A stretch of DNA of 64,000 nucleotides from Polyangiaceae bacterium (GCA_965222375.1 CBDCTZ010000016.1:192001-256000); one strand, 5' to 3'; counted from the first letter of the stretch, positions 53,228-61,521 are shown. Program-made: numbers and translations. The notes: generated by a model from the letters alone, not told the origin.

Positions 53228-55126
53228 ATGAAACACTGCCGCATATCATTCATCCTGCCTGCTGTTCTCGTTTTGGCCCTGAGCGGCTGTGGTGGCGACG
53301 ACGGGGGTTCCTCGAGCGGGGGCGCCTCGGGCGCTGGCGCGAGCGGAGGCCTGGCGGGCGGGGGCAGTGGCGGGACAGCTGGCATTGCTGGCGGTGGCGC
53401 GACGGCAGGCGCTGCCGGAGCCGCTACTGGGGGCGCGGCGGGCGCCGCTGGAATGGCCGGCAGCGCGGGGGCGGGCGGCAACGCAGGGGGTGGCGCTTCG
53501 ACAACCTGCAGCATTCCCCCCAACCTACCCGGCTTCATCGACCTTCCGCAGAAGTACGTGGACATCTCCATGCCGACGCCGTCTGGGAGTACCACCCACG
53601 TCAAGGCCGGCGATGACCTGCAAGCCAGATTGGATGCCGCGCAACCGGGTGACACTCTCGTTCTCGAAGCTGGCGCGACTTGGGTTGGCGAGTACTACCT
53701 CCGAGCCAAGAGTAATCCGAGCAAGCAGTGGATCGTGATCAAGTCTTCGGCGATGAACTCCCTCCCTGGCGAAGGCGCGCGAGTCAAACCAGCTCAGCAT
53801 CACCAATACATGCCAAAAATCCTCGCCCCGAAGAACCCGGTAAGTCCAAAAGTATCAACTAAGCGAGCCCTGCGCTGCGATCTTGGCGCAAGCCATTACC
53901 GCATCATGGGCGTCGAGTTCGGGGTCGAGTCTGGGGTGAACGACTCCTTTGGCGTCGTCGAGCTCGGACACAATGTGGGCAACTGGGGTGCGTTGAACAA
54001 TCGTCCAAACCACATCGTTTTGGACCGTGTCTACATCCATGGCGTCATCAACCCCGTTCCCAATCCGGCCGGTTACTCGGGAAGCAAGCGTGGCCTCTAC
54101 CTCAACGGAAGTGATCTCGCGGTCATCAACTCGCACATCTCGGATTTCCAACGTACCGGCCAGACTTCTCAAGCGATTTCGGGCCACTCTGGAAAGGGCC
54201 CCTACAAGATCGCCAACAACTATCTGGAAGCTTCGGCCATCAACCTGGTCTTCGGTGGCGATGTGACACCAGACGCCTCTCACAACGCCAAGGACATCGA
54301 GGTCTGCAACAACCACTTCCGTAAAGACCCGAAGTGGTTTCATCAGGACAAGAACGTCTGGGAGGTCAAGAACCTATTCGAACTCAAACACGGGCACCGC
54401 GTGCTGGTTACCGGCAACGTGCTCGAGAACAACTGGAAGAAGGGGCAGGTGGGTTACGCAATCTTGATCAAGTCTTCTGCGCAATGGGGCGATGCCAGCC
54501 AAACCCACCAGAAGACCGAAGATCTGGTCTTTGCCTACAACATCATCTCGGACTCGGAGATGGGTCTCAACATCTCGGGTGGTGGAAGCAACTCCGTTCA
54601 GACGGGGCCCACGTCCGATATTTACATTGCTCACAACGTGTTCGAGAAGCTCGGCCCGGACAGTCAGTTTGGGGGACAGGGCCGGGGCTTTCAGGTTCTG
54701 AAATCGCCCGTCAACCTGACCATTGCCAACAACACCATGTTCAATCACTACCAGCACCTTCAACTGAACCCAGAGGCCAGCTGGGGTCCGGGAGTCTTCG
54801 TCAACTTCCAATTCAAGAACAACATCGTCGACTTTGGCCTCTATGGCGTGCACGGCACTTCCGGCGCCCACGATGAAGAGAAGGTGGCGAACGCATGCAA
54901 CTCCCATGTTTTCGCCGGAAACGTCGTGCGTGGTGCTCCCGCCAAGGAATATCCCTCCGGACTCAACTCCGTTGCCAGTTCCTGGACCCAGGTCGGCTTC
55001 ACCAACATGTCCGGGGGGGACTACGAGCTCGCCAGCTCCAGCCCCTTCCTCAAGGCCGGCACCAACGGCTCAAAGCCCGGCGCGGACTGGGCCGCCATCA
55101 AGCAAGCCACGGCAGGTGTAAAGTAG
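53228..55126 (+). CDS. Lipoprotein with a right-handed parallel beta-helix (pectin-lyase-like) domain
   Basis: LSGC lipobox, Gly/Ala linker, DLQARLDAAQPGDTLVL, and Asn-ladder repeats (IANNYLE, VTGNVLENNW, IAHNVF, IANNT). Confidence 0.82.
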   Translation: MKHCRISFILPAVLVLALSGCGGDDGGSSSGGASGAGASGGLAGGGSGGTAGIAGGGATAGAAGAATGGAAGAAGMAGSAGAGGNAGGGASTTCSIPPNLPGFIDLPQKYVDISMPTPSGSTTHVKAGDDLQARLDAAQPGDTLVLEAGATWVGEYYLRAKSNPSKQWIVIKSSAMNSLPGEGARVKPAQHHQYMPKILAPKNPVSPKVSTKRALRCDLGASHYRIMGVEFGVESGVNDSFGVVELGHNVGNWGALNNRPNHIVLDRVYIHGVINPVPNPAGYSGSKRGLYLNGSDLAVINSHISDFQRTGQTSQAISGHSGKGPYKIANNYLEASAINLVFGGDVTPDASHNAKDIEVCNNHFRKDPKWFHQDKNVWEVKNLFELKHGHRVLVTGNVLENNWKKGQVGYAILIKSSAQWGDASQTHQKTEDLVFAYNIISDSEMGLNISGGGSNSVQTGPTSDIYIAHNVFEKLGPDSQFGGQGRGFQVLKSPVNLTIANNTMFNHYQHLQLNPEASWGPGVFVNFQFKNNIVDFGLYGVHGTSGAHDEEKVANACNSHVFAGNVVRGAPAKEYPSGLNSVASSWTQVGFTNMSGGDYELASSSPFLKAGTNGSKPGADWAAIKQATAGVK

Positions 55127-55164
55127 CCCTAGCTGGATCGTTCCTGGAACGTAGTCGAGCTCAG

Positions 55165-55797
55165 TCACTCTTTCGACGTGCCTGTCAACGCGCTCAATTC
55201 CTTCAGCAATGCGTTGAGGGCCGATGGGCTGAGCGAGGTAACGAGGCTCTCGCTGCCCCACCACAGGCGGGTGACGGAGCCTTCTTTGGCGGTGCGCATC
55301 TCGGGTAGGAGTGGTCGGCGCACGGTGAAGCGGAAGGTGTGGAAGGGGCCACGAGACCGCCAAGCCAAGATCTTGCGGTCAGTGACATCCACGTCGAACC
55401 CCAGTTCGTTCCAGAAGCCCAGAGGCATCAACACGAAGGCGGCAATCGTCAGTAGTACCCCAAGGACGCCGTCATGGGTGGAGGCGACGGTGCCAGTCCA
55501 TGCGGCCGCGCCGGCAAATGCAATGCCAACGTGGATCAAATTAACAGGTTGCACCACATAACGCACGCGACCGTCCGAGCGAAGCTTGCCGATGCGCACC
55601 TCGTCAAGTGTCAGAGATGGCATGGCGTTCTGCCCTGTCCCTTCTGACTTCGACGCCGTCGCGTCCGACAGCTCGGACTCTAGTCGCGCGATCTCCGCGT
55701 CCCGATCGGCGAGTTCGGACTCTAGTGCGCCAACCTGGTGGCGGAGCGCCTCTTTGGAATTGCGCATCCCCGAGTATCTCATACCGCTGCCGCGCAA
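55165..55797 (-). CDS. Hypothetical membrane protein (N-terminal coiled coil, two TM segments)
   Basis: LESELADRDAEIARLESEL coiled coil and two hydrophobic segments. The start is uncertain. Confidence 0.65.
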   Translation of the reverse strand: MRGSGMRYSGMRNSKEALRHQVGALESELADRDAEIARLESELSDATASKSEGTGQNAMPSLTLDEVRIGKLRSDGRVRYVVQPVNLIHVGIAFAGAAAWTGTVASTHDGVLGVLLTIAAFVLMPLGFWNELGFDVDVTDRKILAWRSRGPFHTFRFTVRRPLLPEMRTAKEGSVTRLWWGSESLVTSLSPSALNALLKELSALTGTSKE

Positions 55798-55923
55798 GCG
55801 ATGCTCGATCGCGATGATCAGACCGACGTGGACGCCGGAGCTTTCGCATCACGGCTCGGGCGTTCACGCCGAACACCAAGGGCTGAAACAACTCGCCGTC
55901 GCTTCGGGCGGGCTAATGCTCGC

Positions 55924-56391
55924 TCAGGAGCTGTACGCTTCGAGAATCGGATTGACCTGCTGCTGCAACAGCTCTGTGAGCTCCGGGTCGCCGCGCTTGT
56001 AGTCGTCGGGAATGTCGAGGACGTGCAGTTCCTTGAACTTCATCTCGCCGGGAAAGTCGCTGAGGAGGCGTTGCTTGTGTTTGTTCTCCATGACCAAGAC
56101 GATGTCTGCCCAGCGGAGATCTTGCGAGCCCAGTGTCCGTTCGGCATCTCGGCTCGTCCCCCGCGAGCGCACCGAAAGCTCCGGGCGCTTACGGAACAGC
56201 TCCTCGGCGGTTGGGCTTCGCCAACGGTTCTTGCTGCACACGAACAAGACGTTCAAGGGCTCTCCATCTTCTCTTTCGACCCGGCGGCCACGAGGATAGT
56301 CCCATCCCAATTGCTTGGCGCGCTGCAGCTTTTCGGATCGCGGCCCCAAGTTGGACCACTTCTTCTCCCTGGGCCAGTCGTCGCGGCTCAT
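55924..56391 (-). CDS. Low-molecular-weight protein-tyrosine-phosphatase-like protein
   Basis: VLFVCSKNRWRSPTAE (CX5R loop), SRGT, WAD..LVME and LDIPDDY. Confidence 0.88.
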   Translation of the reverse strand: MSRDDWPREKKWSNLGPRSEKLQRAKQLGWDYPRGRRVEREDGEPLNVLFVCSKNRWRSPTAEELFRKRPELSVRSRGTSRDAERTLGSQDLRWADIVLVMENKHKQRLLSDFPGEMKFKELHVLDIPDDYKRGDPELTELLQQQVNPILEAYSS

Positions 56392-56497
56392 TCAGCCTGC
56401 CCACGATGTAACCGCCCCGAAACACCCGTGCCAGGTGCAACGTTTCCCTCGCACGCTGAATCCACCGCCGGCCTTCCCCGCGCTGATTTGCACGCCA

Positions 56498-59185
56498 TCA
56501 ACGCTTGGATCGGCGTGGAAATAGCGGAAGCCATTGCCACCCGTCCACGAGCCCCTCCGCCCAAAGGAGCGTGAGCGTTTGCGTTGGCGTGTTGTATGGG
56601 AAGAGAAGCAGGTAGCCGTCGTTGCCGTATCCAAGTGCTCGCTCCGCTCTCCATTCGTTGGTCTTCTCTTTTTGGCTGCTCTCGAGAAGTTGAGTGCCGA
56701 TGTCTCGTGCCCGTTCGATTACGGGTTCGGTTGCTGCGCCGTTCACGCTAGTGGCTCGAGGAAGGTCCGCGGAGGAAATATGCGCGTGCGCGGTCGCTTT
56801 CAAGCCAAGGCGCTCTGCTTCTTTGAGCAGTTGGCCCACGCCATTTGGATCGCCGACAATGAACACGAAACCCAGATCGCGATCAGTCAGTTCAGCGCGC
56901 AGCTTCGAAGAGAGCGCAGGACCGTGGTCTTCTTTCAGTGGAGCGCCCGCATCGTCCATCCAGTTGCACATTATCGTGCGTGCTTGAGCCCCGGAAGCGA
57001 TGAAGTCATCGACGAACAGTATCGGCTTGCCATCGTCCTCGTTGAGCGCTTCGCGGAGGGTTGCGGGCTGCAGTTCAAATTCGGCTGCTATGTCGTTCAC
57101 GAAGTACGTGACGATGAATGAACTGTCCTTCGGGTTGCCAAAAGGGCAAACCCAGGCTCCGCGGAATTCTGGGTGGCTTGCCATGAAAGCGCGAACGGCT
57201 TGATGAACGTCCTCACGGCTGATCATCCGAATCTTTTCCAGCCATTCGAGCGCAGCTGCGACCTCTTCGTCGGTTCGGAACTGTCGAAGCCAAGTGTAGA
57301 CCCGGACTGCATCCACACGGACTGGACGGAGGTGCGCAGCGCCACTTTCCGAAGCGATCCCTTCATACGTGCTGAGCTGCTTGACGATGGTAGCGATGCG
57401 TCCATCGACGTCAGCAGCTTCGAGACGAGTCGGAGCCGCGCGGAGGTCGTTCGGAAGATCATCGTAGAACCCCGCGGATGTGAGGTCACGTCGCAGTCTG
57501 TCAAGATCACCGGCCGCGATTTTTGCGTAGTTTTGCGCGCTCCTCGCTGTCCGGATGGCAAATCGTTGCCGAAAGACGATCTCGGCTGCGAGAAAAGTAG
57601 ACACCGCCAATTCTCGTGGAGCGAAGACATAGCCAAGATCGCGGGTCATCAAATAGGCTGCACTCCAAGCAGGAGATTCAGCTGAGTCTTCGCGAAACGG
57701 GACGACCTCTCTCTCGTCATTTACAAGGTAAGCGCGAGAGATCTCCTTCGGGTGACCGAACGAATCAGGGGCGTCAAGTACGACATACGCGGTCAGCGCC
57801 CCTTCAAGCTCCGCGGGCCAAGCACCCTCGTGGGAGCTTCGCATCCTTCGAAGTACTTCGACGATTTCGGCGATCAGCGTGCGTCGTCCTTCAGGTTTGG
57901 CCGATTCACGCAGGAGGCGTTCAAACCCCCGACGCTGCTCTTCATCGTGTCGGAAGGGATCGAGCGGCATGCTCTGTGCGAACGCAAATGCGCGAACAAA
58001 CAGCTGCCTTCGCTTTACCCGTGCAGCGATGTCTCGCGCAGGTTGGAGTCCTTCCCATTCTTGCGTTGCGATCTCACGGGCAAACTTCTCTTGCAGGCCA
58101 TCTCTCGTGAAGTCCAGAAGTTCGTCATCCTCGAAAAGCAGCGGGAGCAAGGGAGCTTGGTCGCCGGACACTGTGACGAGGTGCTCGATGATTGATGCGA
58201 CCATCGCCTCCGTCGCACGCACTTTTTGGTGACGATAGATCTTGTCGAATAGGAGTGTGCGACCGAACATCAGCTCGTCCAGTGTTCGTCCGCCGGAAAG
58301 TGCGACACCGTAGAGAACGTAGCTTGGGTATTCCGTGGTGACGTGCCGCAGCACAGGTTGGGGCAGACGAGACTTCTCGACCTCTACGCTTCGCACCTTC
58401 TGTACGAGCCGAGGAATATCGGTGACGATCGGCACTCCAGACATGTGCGCGTCGCGAGTGATGTAGTCCAGCTTGTCGGCGTCAAAGGGACCATTAATTA
58501 GCTCTTGGAGAACTGGATAGCGGTTGTGGATCGGTCGCCCCAGGATCGCTGCGCGCATCAGATCCGTCGGGTTGGCCGGCAGCTCGTGGTGCGTGCGACG
58601 GGAGGCGCTCTCGACCAACTCGTTGAAAGCAGGACTGCCCATCAAGAAGTAGGCAGCTGCCTCACTCAGTTTCGCTTCCTCGACCCGCAGCGCGTCCGAA
58701 AGCTCGATCGAGAGGTCCGAAATAGTCCCGAGTCGGCTGAACGCGTTCTCCACCACGTGAGACATGGCCCCGTGGCCGACGTCGTGACACAGGGCCGCGC
58801 TCCGGAGGAGGTTAACGAAGGCTTTTTCGGGCACGGGCCGGAGTGCCGCTCGGTTAGCGGATGGTTGTTTCTTCCGAAGGGACTCAAGCAGTCTCTCGAT
58901 CTGATGGAGGGCTCCAACGCTGTGCTCGAACCTGGTGTGTGCCGCGCCGGGATAGGTCCAGTGCGCTACGCCCAGTTGTCGAACGAAGCGAAGGCGCTGG
59001 AGCAGCGGGCTGTCGAGCAACATCACCTCGAAGGGCTGAAGGACCACGGTTTGCCACACGCAGTCGTTCAGTTCCTTCATCGCCGGCGGGCGCCAAGTCG
59101 ACGCGCCAATCAGGTCGAGGTAGGGCCGTAGGCACTTCTCAGCGAAGTCTTCGACCTGCTTCTTGTACTGCTCGACGAGCGCCAT
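56498..59185 (-). CDS. HD-domain (SAMHD1/YdhJ-like dNTP triphosphohydrolase) fused to a C-terminal phosphoribosyltransferase-like domain
   Basis: QRLRFVRQLG..H.TYPGAAHTRFEHSVG, AALCHDVGHGAMSH, DADKLDYITRD and IYRHQKVR. C-terminal WLRQF, PILFVDDFIASGAQ, LGYG...LL.FPYNTP..TL.LLW and W.PLFPR. Confidence 0.88.
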   Translation of the reverse strand: MALVEQYKKQVEDFAEKCLRPYLDLIGASTWRPPAMKELNDCVWQTVVLQPFEVMLLDSPLLQRLRFVRQLGVAHWTYPGAAHTRFEHSVGALHQIERLLESLRKKQPSANRAALRPVPEKAFVNLLRSAALCHDVGHGAMSHVVENAFSRLGTISDLSIELSDALRVEEAKLSEAAAYFLMGSPAFNELVESASRRTHHELPANPTDLMRAAILGRPIHNRYPVLQELINGPFDADKLDYITRDAHMSGVPIVTDIPRLVQKVRSVEVEKSRLPQPVLRHVTTEYPSYVLYGVALSGGRTLDELMFGRTLLFDKIYRHQKVRATEAMVASIIEHLVTVSGDQAPLLPLLFEDDELLDFTRDGLQEKFAREIATQEWEGLQPARDIAARVKRRQLFVRAFAFAQSMPLDPFRHDEEQRRGFERLLRESAKPEGRRTLIAEIVEVLRRMRSSHEGAWPAELEGALTAYVVLDAPDSFGHPKEISRAYLVNDEREVVPFREDSAESPAWSAAYLMTRDLGYVFAPRELAVSTFLAAEIVFRQRFAIRTARSAQNYAKIAAGDLDRLRRDLTSAGFYDDLPNDLRAAPTRLEAADVDGRIATIVKQLSTYEGIASESGAAHLRPVRVDAVRVYTWLRQFRTDEEVAAALEWLEKIRMISREDVHQAVRAFMASHPEFRGAWVCPFGNPKDSSFIVTYFVNDIAAEFELQPATLREALNEDDGKPILFVDDFIASGAQARTIMCNWMDDAGAPLKEDHGPALSSKLRAELTDRDLGFVFIVGDPNGVGQLLKEAERLGLKATAHAHISSADLPRATSVNGAATEPVIERARDIGTQLLESSQKEKTNEWRAERALGYGNDGYLLLFPYNTPTQTLTLLWAEGLVDGWQWLPLFPRRSKR

Positions 59186-59205
59186 GTGGCTTGGCGCTCA
59201 CGGTA

Positions 59206-59616
59206 TCACGCGTTGGTCTCGCGATAGTACTCCAGTAGTTTGGAGCTGAGTGCCTTGTACATTTCAACGGAGCCGGGAAGCCCCTCGAAGTACGATGGAG
59301 CGTCGTGCGCGGAGATCTTCAATCGAATGTCTTGAAATTCTGGATTGTCCCAACTGATCAGATCGCGTTGGGCAGCTTCATAAAGCGCGCGCTGAACGAC
59401 AGTTGAATCCCCGTGGATTTCGTGCGGGCGAACTCGGAACTTCAGAACGAAGCCTTGCTGCACGGCCTGCGGCTGGAGATCATCCTCCACGAGCCGCGCA
59501 AGCGCGTGATCGAACACATTTCGCTGAATCGAAAGCGCGGTGATCTTGTTCAGCGCGAGCCCTGCGATCAGGCCTGTCAACAAGTCGGATAGGTAGAGGG
59601 ACGTTGGCTGCGTCAT
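59206..59616 (-). CDS. Small partner protein, probable winged-helix (YwgA/SocA-Panacea-like)
   Basis: Lies 20 bp upstream of the HD-PRTase start on the same strand. The segment F...PHEIHGDSTVVQRALYEAAQRDLI resembles the G-P-x-S helix/wing motif of that family. SD GGAG precedes ATG 59616 (alternative ATG 59628). Confidence 0.6.
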   Translation of the reverse strand: MTQPTSLYLSDLLTGLIAGLALNKITALSIQRNVFDHALARLVEDDLQPQAVQQGFVLKFRVRPHEIHGDSTVVQRALYEAAQRDLISWDNPEFQDIRLKISAHDAPSYFEGLPGSVEMYKALSSKLLEYYRETNA

Positions 59617-59642
59617 GGAGCGCTCCATTGCCGGCGAGCCGC

Positions 59643-59712
59643 CGAAAAAACGCCCCCACCCGCTGCTAGCCCAATTCTACCGAGGGCCAGCATTCGGCGG
59701 GGGCTCTTTTCG
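59643..59712 (-). promoter_or_regulatory. Long imperfect leader hairpin upstream of the HD-PRTase operon
   Basis: Arms cgaaaaaacgcccccacccgctgctagccc and gggccagcattcggcgggggctcttttcg. Several mismatches become G-U pairs on the minus strand. Confidence 0.6.
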
Positions 59713-59815
59713 ACCGACTATGAGAGGTTTCATTTGTGGAAAAGTTGTGGAGTTCCGAGCGCCTAGCGCAACTGCCTGGAAGCACTCGTGATTGCTGATC
59801 GGCGATAGTTTTCCC

Positions 59816-59839
59816 GATAGTATACAATTGTATACTATC
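59816..59839. promoter_or_regulatory. Perfect 24-bp palindrome, probable operator overlapping divergent -10 elements
   Basis: GATAGTATACAATTGTATACTATC is its own reverse complement, contains TATACT on both strands, and ends 12 bp before the lexA-like ATG. Confidence 0.8.
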
Positions 59840-59851
59840 TGCCCTGCGCGC

Positions 59852-60451
59852 ATGCAAGAGGGCGAGCGTCTGACAAGACGCCAGAGGGAAGTCCTCCAAT
59901 TCGTGATGGAGACCTGTCAGGCGGAGGGGCGCCCGCCGACTCTCAGAGCGGTGATGGCGCGTTTTGGCATCAAGACGCCCCGTGGAGCCCAGGGTCACAT
60001 GCTGGCCCTCGTGAAGAAGGGTTGTCTCGACTACGACAAGAACAAGCATCCTGCCTACTGGCCGAGGGCTAGGGCGCGGAAAAGCGTCCCCGTTCTGGGG
60101 CGCGCCCCGGCTGGGCACCCCGCGGATCAACCAGAGGATCATAGAGGGCAACTCTCGTTGCCGTGGAAATTCAGTGAGCGTGCCTTTGCGGTTGAGGTCG
60201 AGGGACACAGCATGCGTGACGCGGACGTGCTTGACGGAGATATCGTCGTAGTTGATCCACTGCGCGCCCCCGTTGACGGGGACGTCGTGCTGGCGCTTCG
60301 TGGTGGGAAGAGCACGCTCAAGACTTTGCGAAAGACCAAGGGTTCTTTCGAACTCCACCCTGCAAACCAGGAGTTCGATCCACAGTTCCCAGAAGAGGAA
60401 CGCGACCGTGTTGTCGGTTCGGTTGTCGCGCTTGTGCGGAGAACCGCATAG
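59852..60451 (+). CDS. lexA: LexA-family repressor (paralogue, S24 autopeptidase)
   Basis: LTRRQREVL...G.PPT.R wHTH, VPVLGRAPAG cleavage site, V.GHSM (Ser), DGDIVVV, TLK (Lys) and L.PAN. Confidence 0.9.
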   Translation: MQEGERLTRRQREVLQFVMETCQAEGRPPTLRAVMARFGIKTPRGAQGHMLALVKKGCLDYDKNKHPAYWPRARARKSVPVLGRAPAGHPADQPEDHRGQLSLPWKFSERAFAVEVEGHSMRDADVLDGDIVVVDPLRAPVDGDVVLALRGGKSTLKTLRKTKGSFELHPANQEFDPQFPEEERDRVVGSVVALVRRTA

Positions 60452-60499
60452 CGCCGCACGTGCGCCGGTTCTGCTTTTCGCACTCCGTCTCGACGCTCC

Positions 60500-60823
60500 T
60501 CAGTGCGTCAGCTTCCAGAGCGCGCCGAGCAGGTGGTCGAGGTCGGCGAGCACTGGCGCGATGCTTTCTTTGCTGAGGTAGCGCCACCCCACGCCAGCAC
60601 GCAGCCCCGCAACGACTTCCTTCGCGCTACCTGACGCATTGAAGTACCGCGCGCGACGGTTCCCAGGATCGGACCCTGAGCCCTCTCCCAGGTTCAGCAA
60701 GAAGCTATTCGTGGCATCCCGAAGCTGCCCCGCCAGCTTCCGATCGTGCCGCTGAATCCGAGCCACCAACGGCACGATGCCCTCCTGAGCGCGAAGAGCG
60801 AGTTCGAGAGTCCTAAAACGCAT
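60500..60823 (-). CDS. Four-helix-bundle protein (23S rRNA IVP/Avd-like superfamily)
   Basis: LA.QLRDA..S..LNLGEG, R...F.A.GSA.EV and D.L...LWKL. SD GGAG upstream. Confidence 0.88.
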   Translation of the reverse strand: MRFRTLELALRAQEGIVPLVARIQRHDRKLAGQLRDATNSFLLNLGEGSGSDPGNRRARYFNASGSAKEVVAGLRAGVGWRYLSKESIAPVLADLDHLLGALWKLTH

Positions 60824-60838
60824 GACGTGTTCTCCTAG

Positions 60839-60892
60839 TTGTTCCGCCCGCCGGCGGGTTCCCCGAACCCGGCCTGCCGGCGGGCGGAACAA
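60839..60892. repeat. Perfect 17-bp inverted repeat with a nested 6-bp stem
   Basis: ttgttccgcccgccggc and gccggcgggcggaacaa, enclosing gggttc-ccc-gaaccc. Confidence 0.9.
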
Positions 60893-61039
60893 CAGGGAAC
60901 TTCACCGCACCAGCCAAACCGACCATCACCCGCGCTGGTTGCCTGCGGGCGCAGTGCCAGCTGTGCTGGCACGAGCACCGCAACGCGTGTCGCGCGCATG
61001 CGCCAACGACGGCTACTGGGTTGGGTCAGCAAGGGAAGC

Positions 61040-61430
61040 TGGGGCGGCGGCGGTAGCTGCGCTGGTGTCAGAGTCGGCGGCGGCGGCGGTAGCTGCGTCG
61101 GTGGCAGGGTCGGAGGCAGTGGCTGCATCGGTGGCAGTAGCCGCGTCGGCGGCAGCGGCTGCATCGGTGGCAGTGGCAGGGAACAGCGTCAGTGTGAGCC
61201 CTGCCGCGCGAGAATCTGATGTGTAAACGATGTCCTGTCTTACACCCGTTCGGACCCACGCCCTCAGTCACAGTCACAGTCGCAGCCCGAGTCACTGCCC
61301 CAGCCACGGTCACCGCCACGGCCCCAGTCACCGCCCCGGCCACGGCCTCGGTCACCGCCACCGCCGCTGCCCCGGTCACCGCTCCCAGCCACTGACACGG
61401 TCACGGACTCAGCCGCAGTCACCGCCCCGG
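61040..61430. repeat. Two opposed low-complexity tracts with 3/6-nt periodicity (G-rich about 61040-61180, C-rich about 61262-61430)
   Basis: ggcggcggtagctgc/gtcggtggcagtggc units versus cagtcacagtca/gtcaccgccacggcc units, separated by a more AT-rich spacer. Confidence 0.8.
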
Positions 61431-61521
61431 TATCCCGACGCACCCGTGGCCCCGCGCGAGATTAGCGGCCCAGCGCCGCCCCAGCGCCCGCGACCCCAAC
61501 AAAAACAAACGCTCTAGGCGC

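Noticed and set aside
56498..59712. Retron (PRTase + wHTH effector with structured ncRNA)
   Set aside because: No reverse-transcriptase ORF is present in the window, and the hairpin lacks evident msr/msd organisation.
60500..61430. Diversity-generating retroelement suggested by the Avd-like four-helix bundle
   Set aside because: No reverse transcriptase and no TR/VR pair with adenine-specific differences were seen.
60835..61517. Pro-rich, Gly-rich or His-rich short ORFs in the low-complexity tracts
   Set aside because: Open frames are expected from 3/6-nt periodic repeats, and there is no SD or domain evidence. The region was treated as non-coding repeat.
55130..61520. Prophage or integrative element explaining the accessory block
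   Set aside because: No integrase, transposase, tRNA target, phage structural genes or flanking att repeats were detected by eye.
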